Source: Synechococcales cyanobacterium VAR_4_metabat_354 (GTDB taxonomy: Bacteria; Cyanobacteriota; Cyanobacteriia; Cyanobacteriales; Chamaesiphonaceae). Taken from it: 64,000 nt of DNA. The notes beneath the pieces are model-generated. The model made no database searches and was not told where the DNA came from. It saw nothing but the letters and a program-made list of their open reading frames with translations. Position numbers and translations under genes: made by a program. The stretch is from the NCBI GenBank assembly GCA_031414775.1, contig JANOQI010000062.1, positions 1-64,000 on the forward strand. Direction: 5' to 3'. Of the stretch, positions 40,376-49,451 are shown piece after piece (position 1 is the stretch's first letter; the number at the start of each line of letters is the position of its first letter).

Positions 40376-40657
40376 ATGAAAAATGAGAAAATATCCAATT
40401 GCTTGGTTCTATATCTTGGCTTTTGGTATGTCATGGCTTGGCATGATATCGACCGTCTTAGCCTCGCGAGGCACAGTACTAAAGGCAGTATTTTGCTAGT
40501 GGCGCTTCTTCATGGTTCGCTGAACGTGTGGGGACTATTTATAACTGGGGTGTCCCCTGTCGCATACGCTCTTCTAAATTGTGTGGTGGCGATTATCCTA
40601 ATAGCAGTGTTTGGAAGAGTAAATCTCTCTCGTCGAGAAAAGGTTTGCGCGGGCTAA
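40376..40657 (+). pseudogene. CPBP (CAAX protease/Abi) C-terminal fragment
   Basis: TKGSILLVALLHGSLN (HxxxN motif); stop lies inside attC3. Confidence 0.55.
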
Positions 40658-40738
40658 CAATTCAAATGCAGCGAACGGAAGAGAGATCTTGGTGCTGAAT
40701 CTGAAGTTGTCTGCTGCCGCTGATTTGAGCCGTTAGAG
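40652..40738 (+). mobile_element. attC site 3
   Basis: GGCTAAC...GTTAGAG, 87 bp; TCAAAT[G]CAGCG pairs with CGCTGATTTGA. Confidence 0.85.
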
Positions 40739-40764
40739 AACTTGTGAGGTGGGAAATCAATACA

Positions 40765-40875
40765 GTAAGTAGGCAGACATAATTGTTAGTAATATCAAAA
40801 TTACTTGAAATTCATATTGTGAGGTAATTAAGCCTCATAAAGCATCTTAATATTTAATTCAGCCCAGCTACTTAC
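40765..40875. mobile_element. MITE-like element
   Basis: Imperfect TIRs GTAAGTAGGCAGACATAATT / AATTCAGCCCAGCTACTTAC around an AT-rich core. Confidence 0.5.
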
Positions 40876-40994
40876 ATAGTTCTGGTAATGTCTTGTCTTG
40901 TATTGTTTCCCACTCCGTAATCTAGATTATTCCCAAATTGGATTAAGATATAACGTTTGTATTAGATTCTCAATCTAAATTAATATACAATCTA

Positions 40995-41026
40995 AAAAAA
41001 CTACTAAAAGCCTTTAGCAGTTTTTT
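40995..41026 (-). terminator. Rho-independent terminator
   Basis: AAAAAACTACTAAA-AGCC-TTTAGCAGTTTTTT downstream of the radical SAM gene. Confidence 0.5.
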
Positions 41027-41051
41027 GATTTCGCAAATCTAATCGCTAGCT

Positions 41052-42617
41052 CTACTTAGCTGCTGAGGCTAATTCTTTAGTAATAACTGGTGCAGTCAAA
41101 GCATCTTCCAGCTCAGACTTACCCAATCTTGCTTCGAGAATATTCATCACTTCTCGACCGAAATCATTAGGATTATCACGGAAGGCTTGCAAGCAAACTT
41201 CGCCAAAGAATGAGCCTAATGGTTCAGGATTCCAGAGTAATTTTTTGGCCACCCAAGGCATGTGGCTCATCGGGTTGTAGCCTGGTTTAATCACATTGTT
41301 TTTGAATGCATATTCTTCTAAATGGGTATGCGGCTGTAAACCGATAAAGAAGATGGCTGGTTCAACTTTATCTACACCAAAAATCTTTTCCATTTCACGG
41401 TGATAGGCAATCGTTTGGCGAATAGTTTCAAAACTTTCGTCAATTACATTAAAGGAGTAATTGATCGATACCATATCTTCAAATCCAGCCGCTTTGAGAT
41501 CGCGACAGTTTTGTAAGACAGTGCGGAGATTATAGCCCATCCGCATCTTCCTTACTAATTCTTGAGAGCCACTAGTAATGCCAATCTCAAAATAATTCAT
41601 CCCCGTTTTGACCATCAAATCACACAGTTCGGGTGTAAGATTATCAGCTCGAATATAAGCTGCCCATTTGATATCTTCCATCCCACTCGCAATGATTTTT
41701 TGTAATAACTCGATCGCATCATCCATATACTTGCGCGCCGGGATAAACTGAGCATCTGTAAACCAGAAATTCCGAATGCCACGATCATATAATTGGCGCA
41801 TCTCGGCGACTACTTCATCCGCTGGATTTATTCGTACTTGCTTACCTTCAATTACGGTATATACACAATAGCAACAGTTATGCGGACAACCGCGTTTGGT
41901 CTGTACACCGACATAGAAATCTCGATCTTGTAAGTAATAACTAAATTCTGGCCAAATTGTCTCGATATAGTTGTAATTGCACGCCGTCTTCTCGATCGAA
42001 GCTGGCAGTTCATGCACCAATCCTTTCCGAGGTGCTTCGCCCACAATATAGCAACGCTCAGGAGCGAGATCTTCGTTCCTAATAATTTTCTCTAACAATG
42101 CTTCACCTTCACCGATCGAGACGATCGATCCTTTCGGCAAACTCTTGGCCAACTGCTCATAGAAAACACTGACAGCACCGCCACCGACGACCAATTTAGT
42201 TAAAGGATTGTATCTTTGTGCCCGTTTTAGCCCACGTTTAATCAGAGACATATTCCGCCATAGCTCGGTATAGTGACTCTTGAGCATCCTGGCACCACCT
42301 AAAGCACCGCGTAATTTTTTGAGCGGATTGCGATCGTAAAAAACTTCAAAGGAGTTCTGGAGCGGATTACCCCCCCGGCCGCCGACTGGTGCATAAATTT
42401 GGATATCTCGCCAGGAATAGACTAGTAAATTTGGCTGAAATTCATCGATCGCAATATCCATGGCCGCACCATAATCTAGTGGCGGTACTGCGCCCAGATC
42501 AAAGATCCGTTGCTCGGCATCAGGGAACTGCTTATGAACGTGATCTGATAAGTAGACAACCCCGATCGGAAAGATCGGATTGCAAGGGAGACGACAGTAG
42601 AAAATGCGTTCTGTCAT
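41052..42617 (-). CDS. Photosystem II high-light acclimation radical SAM protein
   Basis: RLPCNPIFPIG start, RGCPHNCCYC, FWFTDAQF. Confidence 0.85.
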   Translation of the reverse strand: MTERIFYCRLPCNPIFPIGVVYLSDHVHKQFPDAEQRIFDLGAVPPLDYGAAMDIAIDEFQPNLLVYSWRDIQIYAPVGGRGGNPLQNSFEVFYDRNPLKKLRGALGGARMLKSHYTELWRNMSLIKRGLKRAQRYNPLTKLVVGGGAVSVFYEQLAKSLPKGSIVSIGEGEALLEKIIRNEDLAPERCYIVGEAPRKGLVHELPASIEKTACNYNYIETIWPEFSYYLQDRDFYVGVQTKRGCPHNCCYCVYTVIEGKQVRINPADEVVAEMRQLYDRGIRNFWFTDAQFIPARKYMDDAIELLQKIIASGMEDIKWAAYIRADNLTPELCDLMVKTGMNYFEIGITSGSQELVRKMRMGYNLRTVLQNCRDLKAAGFEDMVSINYSFNVIDESFETIRQTIAYHREMEKIFGVDKVEPAIFFIGLQPHTHLEEYAFKNNVIKPGYNPMSHMPWVAKKLLWNPEPLGSFFGEVCLQAFRDNPNDFGREVMNILEARLGKSELEDALTAPVITKELASAAK

Positions 42618-42675
42618 GGTGGTTGTAGGTAACAAATTATGTTAAATGGTGAGCTACAAAGAAATTTTAAGTATC

Positions 42676-42693
42676 TTTATATAAAGTTACACA
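42676..42693. promoter_or_regulatory. HLR1-like (RpaB) direct repeat
   Basis: TTTATATA-AA-GTTACACA, one mismatch per half to KTTACAWW. Confidence 0.4.
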
Positions 42694-42872
42694 AAATTGT
42701 CTGATTTAGGGGCTTTTGGGTCAGGAATTTCTAGGCTCAGCTCTGACCTAGAGGACTTTGACGGGGTGAGACTGTTCGTGATGGTAGTGATGGTTACAGC
42801 CGGGGGATCAAGGCAGTGATAGTTTAGTCTTCAATTACTTTTCATAAAAGGGTGCATCCCACCCCAAATAAT

Positions 42873-43217
42873 ATGTCTCAAATTTTAGATCCCGTTCCTT
42901 CGGATCGCTCCGATCCGATTTTCTGCTGCTACATCAATAACAGTAGCCAAGTGCAAATCGCGAGAATTACTAATATTGATAACTGGTACTTTGAGCGTGT
43001 TGCTTTTCCTGGACAACGCCTGATTTTTGAAGCGCCGATGAACGCGTATTTAGAAATTCATACTGGCAAAATGACTAGCTCGATCTTGTCCGATCGCATC
43101 CCTTGTATTCGTTTGCAGGTTGATGATCTAGACGAAGGCAGTTGGGAGAGTAACATGCTCAAAAGTTCGCCAGCTGAGTCTAGCTTGGCTGTTCCTAAAT
43201 TGGAGTATCAATACTAG
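42873..43217 (+). CDS. DUF1830 family protein
   Basis: CCYIN..QIARITNI.NWYFERV.FPGQRL.FEAP. Confidence 0.85.
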   Translation: MSQILDPVPSDRSDPIFCCYINNSSQVQIARITNIDNWYFERVAFPGQRLIFEAPMNAYLEIHTGKMTSSILSDRIPCIRLQVDDLDEGSWESNMLKSSPAESSLAVPKLEYQY

Positions 43218-43309
43218 ACACATGTTGGCAAATCTTTTAGCGCTGGGGGTTGTCTACACCGGATTGCCCCCAGTTGCTATGATGATGACTGATTGTGGAT
43301 GAGTGAGTC

Positions 43310-44440
43310 ATGAGCAAGCCCGCAGAAATAATTGTGATTGGCGGTGGAATTATTGGCCTATCGATCGCCTTAGAACTTCATTGGCGGGGTCTAGCTGTCC
43401 AAGTTTTAACCAGAAGTAATACAGAAGCGGCTACCTGGGCAGCGGCAGGGATGCTGGCTCCCCAAGCCGAAGGAATTCCGTCCAGTGCCCTATTGAATCT
43501 CTGCTTATGGAGTCGCAGTTTATATAGAGGATGGACGGCGAAGCTCTCTGCTATGACGGGGTTAGATACTGGTTATTGGGAATGCGGCATTTTAGCTCCT
43601 AAGTATCAGCAATTAGATGAATTAAATGAAACCAACTGGCTAACTGTCGCAGAGTTGCAAACTTACCTCCCCCGCACTAAGTTAAGCTCCGAAGTTGTTG
43701 GTGGTTTTTGGTTGGCCGCCGATGGCCAGGTAGATAACCGGAAACTTTATCAGGTGCTGCGGACAGCGGCTCAGATCGCCAATATCGAAATTGTCACCGA
43801 TATCGAAGTCCAAGCTTTTGATCAGCCAGCTGACCGGATCGATCAACTAACCACCAATCAGGGTGATTTTAGTGCCAGCCATTACGTTTTAGCTACTGGA
43901 GCGTGGTCCGGGCAATTACTACCTATTCCGGTCGTTCCTCGCAAGGGGCAATTACTGGCATTACAGGTACCCGATATCCATAATTTGCCCTTGGAAACCG
44001 TGCTGTTTGGCGAAGAGACCTATATTGTGCCACGTCGCGATGGGCGGATTGTGATTGGAGCAACTAGCGAAGATGTTGGTTTCTTGCCCGGTAATACTAG
44101 TGCTGGATTGCAGGAATTAATGGCCAAGGCTACGCGGCTCTGTCCCCCGTTAGCGACTTACCCCATTCAAGAGCAGTGGTGGGGCTTTCGGCCTGCTACC
44201 GTCGATGAGCAGCCCATTTTGGGTGATAGTCCCTACGCTAACCTCACCTTGGCTACGGGTCATTATCGCAATGGTATTTTAATGGCGCCAGCTACGGCTC
44301 AACTAATTGCTGATGCCTTAACTCAGGTCACTAGCGATCACCACCACTTGCTAGCGCATTTTAGCTACCAACGATTTGCCAACCAAAAATTATTTCCTGG
44401 TGCTGATGCTACCCAGTTGTGTCGCACGGCTAGCGCCTAG
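43310..44440 (+). CDS. thiO: Glycine oxidase
   Basis: GGGIIG, AAAGML, YIVPR, GFRP, GHYRNGIL. Confidence 0.9.
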   Translation: MSKPAEIIVIGGGIIGLSIALELHWRGLAVQVLTRSNTEAATWAAAGMLAPQAEGIPSSALLNLCLWSRSLYRGWTAKLSAMTGLDTGYWECGILAPKYQQLDELNETNWLTVAELQTYLPRTKLSSEVVGGFWLAADGQVDNRKLYQVLRTAAQIANIEIVTDIEVQAFDQPADRIDQLTTNQGDFSASHYVLATGAWSGQLLPIPVVPRKGQLLALQVPDIHNLPLETVLFGEETYIVPRRDGRIVIGATSEDVGFLPGNTSAGLQELMAKATRLCPPLATYPIQEQWWGFRPATVDEQPILGDSPYANLTLATGHYRNGILMAPATAQLIADALTQVTSDHHHLLAHFSYQRFANQKLFPGADATQLCRTASA

Positions 44441-44494
44441 CCCCAAAAAATAGTACATTGATCACCATCACTTTGTCACTAAGAGAGAACAACT

Positions 44495-45007
44495 ATGTTG
44501 GTTAACAAGTCTTTACTGCGTCGGGTATTGCCAGTGCTGGCTGTGATCGGCTGTACTATTGTTATTCTGCCGAGTAGAGCGGAGTACACGCTGTTTAGCG
44601 GGGTCGAACCCAAAAACCAACTTAGTTACAGCCTCGATTTTGGCAAGCGATCGATCACTGATAGCTATCGCCTTGTATTACCTGGCCGCAAAATGCAACT
44701 GGGCGCAGTCCAGCTCAATATTCTTTATCCGGAGAACTACAACGGAGTATTTGATGAAAACCAAATTACCATCAGCGCTGGTGAACAATCTATTCCGATC
44801 GCTGGCGTTAAATGGCAAAAAGAAAAGCGCAATCTCCAAATTGACCTGAAAGAACGTCTGCAAACCAAAGGTGATATCAATATCGTGCTGGGCAATGTCC
44901 GCAATCCAGACAAAAGTGGGTTGTTCTATTTTGATTGTCAGTACCGCAGCAGCCCTAATTTCCCGATCGCTAGATATGCTGGCACTTGGATTTTAAATAT
45001 TAAATAG
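44495..45007 (+). CDS. DUF2808 family protein
   Basis: Signal peptide, L.Y.LDFG, NVRNP, GTW. Confidence 0.75.
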   Translation: MLVNKSLLRRVLPVLAVIGCTIVILPSRAEYTLFSGVEPKNQLSYSLDFGKRSITDSYRLVLPGRKMQLGAVQLNILYPENYNGVFDENQITISAGEQSIPIAGVKWQKEKRNLQIDLKERLQTKGDINIVLGNVRNPDKSGLFYFDCQYRSSPNFPIARYAGTWILNIK

Positions 45008-45128
45008 CAAAAATTATATATTTGGAATAGTTTCTCAGAACCGCACCGCACAGCAATCCCTAGAAGCTTGATTCTCTTGCTTTAAGCCCTTGTTGGCCTC
45101 AATCACACCAGAATTCTAAAATTCACCG

Positions 45129-45647
45129 TCAAAATAAACTTTTTGCATATTCGTGCCAGTAAGCCGCAATCTCAGAAGTCTGCTTCAAAATTACGTCCGG
45201 AAGCAAGTCTGCTGGCCAAAAAGCAAGATGATAGAAGTCTACAGGTTCTTCTTCCTCAAGAATAGTATCCACATCTTTGCCGCGATCCATGTCACGAACA
45301 CAATAGCGTACTCGGTAAGTTCCAATTGAAAGCGGAATTTCGCAAACACATTCACCGTTCCAATCGTAGAGGGAAACTCCCTCACCATTTATCACAAAAG
45401 GAACTTCTACAACTTCTTCCCATGCTTGGTCAAGAGGAGGGGGAGCATCCAGCACGTCTATACTCAACCGGACGTGACCAGTATGCAGCCCTGTAATCAA
45501 AAAAAGTATATCAGATATGGCTGCTCCACAAAGCCCATTCGTCTGACCTTGAAAACAAGCAGATAGTTCAGCAGGTTCTTGGGCGTTGGACAGGACGTAT
45601 GCCTGTCCATAATGGACATACAAGCATCTATCGAAGATTCGAGTCAT
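45129..45647 (-). CDS. Hypothetical acidic protein (cassette, array 2)
   Basis: GQTNGLCGAA..TGLHTG..WEEVVEV..YRVRY..FWPA..AAYWH; begins right after the minus-strand attC. Confidence 0.7.
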   Translation of the reverse strand: MTRIFDRCLYVHYGQAYVLSNAQEPAELSACFQGQTNGLCGAAISDILFLITGLHTGHVRLSIDVLDAPPPLDQAWEEVVEVPFVINGEGVSLYDWNGECVCEIPLSIGTYRVRYCVRDMDRGKDVDTILEEEEPVDFYHLAFWPADLLPDVILKQTSEIAAYWHEYAKSLF

Positions 45648-45690
45648 TTGGAGTAGATCGCCATGTTTATTTGTGCTGGACAACTTTGCT

Positions 45691-45777
45691 GCCTAACGGC
45701 TTGGGCTTCAGCGGTAGCAAGAGTCTTCGAGTCAAAAACAGAGTATTGAGGCTATCCGCTGCAAGCCCTGGTTAGAC
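45691..45777 (-). mobile_element. attC site 4
   Basis: Minus strand GTCTAAC...GTTAGGC, 87 bp. GGGCTT[G]CAGCGG[A]TAGC pairs perfectly with GCTACCGCTGAAGCCC. Confidence 0.9.
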
Positions 45778-45804
45778 AATGCAGAAAGACCGACAAAAAC
45801 TCAA

Positions 45805-46056
45805 TTATCTCACTGCGCGCAGCTCCTCTTGAATAACTCGGCGTAGTGTTTCTTCATCTAGAGGCTGCTTCACTTTTTCTAGATACTCCCGCAAAGCCTC
45901 ATTCATGATAGTTTGATAGCCTTTGCCAGCAGAGTCACTCCGTTCTCGAAAGGTTCCTAACACATCATCGTCAATATAAATTGTGATACGAGTTTTACCT
46001 GTCTGGGGAATGACAGCACCCCGTTTTGCTTGACTAAAATCATATTCCGCTTTCAT
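45805..46056 (-). CDS. brnA: BrnA family antitoxin
   Basis: MKAEYDFS..KTRITIYIDDDV..GYQTIMNEALR. Confidence 0.85.
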   Translation of the reverse strand: MKAEYDFSQAKRGAVIPQTGKTRITIYIDDDVLGTFRERSDSAGKGYQTIMNEALREYLEKVKQPLDEETLRRVIQEELRAVR

Positions 46057-46099
46057 ACTTCTGTCTCTCCGAACGGGTCGCTGGACGGGCTGAAATCAG
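46040..46099 (-). pseudogene. brnT: BrnT toxin C-terminal remnant
   Basis: LISARPATRSERQKYESGI*, overlapping the brnA start; 5' part missing. Confidence 0.75.
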
Positions 46100-46196
46100 C
46101 TAGAAAACAGGAGTGTTAGCCCGACAGCTGTCTGCATAACACGCAAAATTGGGTGTTTAGACTGCATTATTTCAGTTTAAACATTATTTTCTAGAT
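46100..46196 (-). promoter_or_regulatory. Second, truncated copy of the cassette-array leader
   Basis: ATCTAGA..TGTTTAAACTG-N8-CAGTCTAAACACCCAATT..GTGTTATGC..TCGGGCTAA..TTTTCTAG aligns with 36480-36577. Confidence 0.75.
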
Positions 46197-46628
46197 AAAT
46201 ATATTTCACTAATATTTTGTAATAATCTCAAAAATCATCCCGATCGATCAGGGTCTATTCTTGCAACCTTGCGGGACAGCTGTTCTGTAATGTTACTGAT
46301 AAGGAGCGATCAGGCTATGAAGGAATGCAATGGAGTTGAGTTTAGAGATTAAATTTTGGGAATGGCAGGCAGGGGCTTTTTGACAAGTGGTCACCCACCT
46401 GTTTTTTTGGGCAGTTCTGAAGATGTTTCCGGATCAGCGAAAGCCGCCATCGTAAATTATGACAACACTTTGGGCATTCTAGGTACAACAGCCTTAGCTC
46501 TACCCAGACATCACTCATGTACCTCATTAACAAATACTGCCCAGTGATTTGCGACCAAATTTATTCTTCGTCAACAGCTTCTGCACACCAAATTTCGCCT
46601 TAGTTGAGTAGGATTGGAATTCCAATTT

Positions 46629-47909
46629 ATGTCCATCATCCCTAATTTATTAAAAAATAATGAATCGCCTGTCAGTGATATTCCTTTAGAGATAGAGGAT
46701 GAGAACATCGACGAAGAATTACCTGCTACTTGGCAAGAGCTAATCAACCTCGAAGATTTAGAAGAGCCGGAGGATGAAGTTGCTGACCAATCCAGCAAAG
46801 GCCAGCAGACCTACAGTCGGGATCTAGTTCGCCTCTATTTGCAAGAAATTGGCCGCGTCAAGCTATTAACTCGTGATGAAGAAGTGGCCGAATCCCAGCT
46901 GGTGCAACGCCATGGCCAATTGTTAGAGATTAGAAATATGGCAGCTGCTGCCGTTGCTACTGGTAAAAGTAACGATGCCATTATTGAAATGTATACGCGG
47001 CTAATTAATATCCGCGATCAGATGACCGTGCAAAGTGGACATCGGCCATTACCAGAGCGATGGGCAATAGCGGCTGGTATTGATGTGGGATTGCTCAAAC
47101 CCCAAGTTGCTGCTGGGAAAAAACGCTGGGCAGAACTCGCTAATGTGACCGTCGCAGAATTAGAGGAGATCCAGCTCAAGGGGGTAGCAGCCAAAGAACA
47201 TATGATCAAAGCCAATCTGCGGCTAGTGGTGTCGGTAGCTAAAAAATATCAGCACCGGGGCTTAGAACTCTTAGATTTGATTCAAGAAGGCACGATGGGC
47301 TTAGACCGAGCGGTGGACAAATTTGATCCGACCAAAGGCTATCGTTTTAGTACCTACGCTTATTGGTGGATTCGCCAAGGCATTACCCGTGCCCTTGCCA
47401 CTCAAAGCCGCAATATTCGTTTGCCAGTACACATCACTGAAAAGCTGAATAAGATTCGGAAAGTACAGCGCCAACTGACCCAAGCTGGAGTTTCTCCCAA
47501 ACTAGAAGAAGTCGCTCATGCGCTGGAGATGACTCCTGAACAGGTGCAAGAAGTCTTGATGCGGGTGCCTCGATCGATCTCCCTGGATGTAAAAGTCGGT
47601 AAAGACAAAGACACTGAATTAGGTGATTTGCTGGAAGCTGTCGAAATCTCGCCCGAGCAATTGCTGATGCGGGAATCTTTACACGGCGAGTTGCTACAAC
47701 TCCTGGCCGACCTTACTGAAAGAGAGCGGGAAGTAATTGCCCTGCGCTTTGGTTTGGGTCATGATCAATCTTACTCCCTGGCTGATATTGGGCGGATTCT
47801 CGATCTATCCCGCGAGCGGGTGCGTCAAATTGAAGCCAAGGCTTTGCAAAAGCTGCGGCAACCTAAACGCCGCAATCGGGTCCGTGATTATTTGGATATT
47901 CTTTGCTAA
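46629..47909 (+). CDS. sigC: Group 2 RNA polymerase sigma factor
   Basis: DLVRLYLQEIGRV, ANLRLVVSVAKKY, FSTYAYWWIRQ, SRERVRQIE; SigC-type insert. Confidence 0.85.
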   Translation: MSIIPNLLKNNESPVSDIPLEIEDENIDEELPATWQELINLEDLEEPEDEVADQSSKGQQTYSRDLVRLYLQEIGRVKLLTRDEEVAESQLVQRHGQLLEIRNMAAAAVATGKSNDAIIEMYTRLINIRDQMTVQSGHRPLPERWAIAAGIDVGLLKPQVAAGKKRWAELANVTVAELEEIQLKGVAAKEHMIKANLRLVVSVAKKYQHRGLELLDLIQEGTMGLDRAVDKFDPTKGYRFSTYAYWWIRQGITRALATQSRNIRLPVHITEKLNKIRKVQRQLTQAGVSPKLEEVAHALEMTPEQVQEVLMRVPRSISLDVKVGKDKDTELGDLLEAVEISPEQLLMRESLHGELLQLLADLTEREREVIALRFGLGHDQSYSLADIGRILDLSRERVRQIEAKALQKLRQPKRRNRVRDYLDILC

Positions 47910-49342
47910 TCTTCGGTGGCCGCTGCTTGGCCACTGGGTTGTTTCCCCGCGCAAGCTTTTTGAGCCGCTCGATCGGGCATTCCCAATTCGGCAGATTGAT
48001 ACAGTCGATCAAACTCCTGTTGAAAATGGGTAGCAACTATCGGGCTGTTGATTACTAGCAAGGTTTCATCATTTTTGTAGTTAGCCGTTGCTGACCAATT
48101 GTGGGAACCGGCAATCACCAGCCGTTGGTCAATAATTGCGATTTTATGGTGTAGCAAATCACCGGTTGGTAAACTAGGCACCCCAGCGGTGGTAATTGGA
48201 TTTGCCCAGACCGGGCGATTGCCATAACAGGGCGGGATGCCTAACATAGTTAACATTTGACTGTAGGGGCGGTAGGCAAAACCTCGATCGATCAAAACCC
48301 GAATTTTCACCCCGCGCTGCTGCACTGGTTCTAAAGCACTCGCTATTTGATTTTCAGAAAAGACAAACTGGGCAATGTCAATTTTTTGCTGGGCTTGATT
48401 CAAGGTTTGAGCAATCAAACCATTGTTGGTAGTTGTCCAGTCTTGGCTAGGTAGGGCTGGTGAAAAGTGAATAGTAATGGTGCTATCACCAACTGGAATC
48501 ATGACAGGCGATCGATCGGGTTTGTTAGTGCCAAACTTGCTATCTAGCTGATTGCCGGGGCCATCGCCCCACATCAAATTAAATTCGGTGGTAAATATTT
48601 GCGCCAAGTTAGCGCTATCGATCGACAGCAAATTGTTTTGATTGCCACGGCTAGCGAGTTGATTCAAATCTCCGTGAACATCACTCATTGTCCAATTAGC
48701 CGAGGTAACAATCATGGTGTGGCCATCGACCACCATGAATTTGTGATGCATCAAACCGCTCCCGGTCGAACCATCGGCAGTGTCGTCAATGATCGGCACC
48801 TGCGCCGCTTGCAAGATCTTCAGGGCATCGCGGTTGCTAATTTCTTGAGGGCTAAGCTGACCATCGCCATTGCTATCTACTAAGCGCACAAATTCACGAT
48901 AGCGCTCCTGTTCCCGTGCTGATAGCTGGCTGACTTCAGTGGGAGTTAATTCGCTCCAACTGCGGCTGTAGATATTTTCTAAAATCACCCGCACCTTCAC
49001 GCCTGCTTGTTGCTTTTTGACCAGTGCTTGGGCAATGCGCGGTAACTTGAATTCCTGCACTGCAATATCGATCGAACTTTGAGCTGAGTCGATCAATTCA
49101 ATAATTTTGGCTTCTAAGTCATCGCCGGGGCGCTGCTGTGGGCGGTAAGGTTCCAAATAACTAGCCGCCAGATTGTGATTGAAATAAGCTTTGATCAGGG
49201 GATGCTGTGGTAATTGCGCCACCGTGGGCGGCAAACTAACAGAGTTCTGTGGCCGGAGCCACACCCAGCCTAGTACCCCCATCATGGCAAACCCAAGGAG
49301 TATTAACCAGCGACGCTGTTGAAGAATTTTGGGAGGCAACAT
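47906..49342 (-). CDS. Phospholipase D-like protein (cyanobacterial ComA-like)
   Basis: Two HxKxxxxD motifs (HHKFMVVD, HHKIAIID); N-terminal TM segment. Confidence 0.8.
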   Translation of the reverse strand: MLPPKILQQRRWLILLGFAMMGVLGWVWLRPQNSVSLPPTVAQLPQHPLIKAYFNHNLAASYLEPYRPQQRPGDDLEAKIIELIDSAQSSIDIAVQEFKLPRIAQALVKKQQAGVKVRVILENIYSRSWSELTPTEVSQLSAREQERYREFVRLVDSNGDGQLSPQEISNRDALKILQAAQVPIIDDTADGSTGSGLMHHKFMVVDGHTMIVTSANWTMSDVHGDLNQLASRGNQNNLLSIDSANLAQIFTTEFNLMWGDGPGNQLDSKFGTNKPDRSPVMIPVGDSTITIHFSPALPSQDWTTTNNGLIAQTLNQAQQKIDIAQFVFSENQIASALEPVQQRGVKIRVLIDRGFAYRPYSQMLTMLGIPPCYGNRPVWANPITTAGVPSLPTGDLLHHKIAIIDQRLVIAGSHNWSATANYKNDETLLVINSPIVATHFQQEFDRLYQSAELGMPDRAAQKACAGKQPSGQAAATED

Positions 49343-49451
49343 TTGGATCAATACTCAAAATAGAAGGTGAAGTGGTTAACAATAGTCGAATACGCCAGAG
49401 ACCAGGACGATACAATAGCTGTAGGCCAAGCTGATTTTGACTGCAACAATA

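Noticed and set aside
37399..45777. CRISPR array or simple terminators as an explanation for the palindromic repeats
   Set aside because: The repeats are 82-90 bp, non-identical and separated by whole genes. They have TAAC/GTT ends and extrahelical bases typical of attC.
46410..46450. Hammerhead-like CTGAAGA...CGAAA
   Set aside because: Stem II closing pair and flanking stems are not properly formed.
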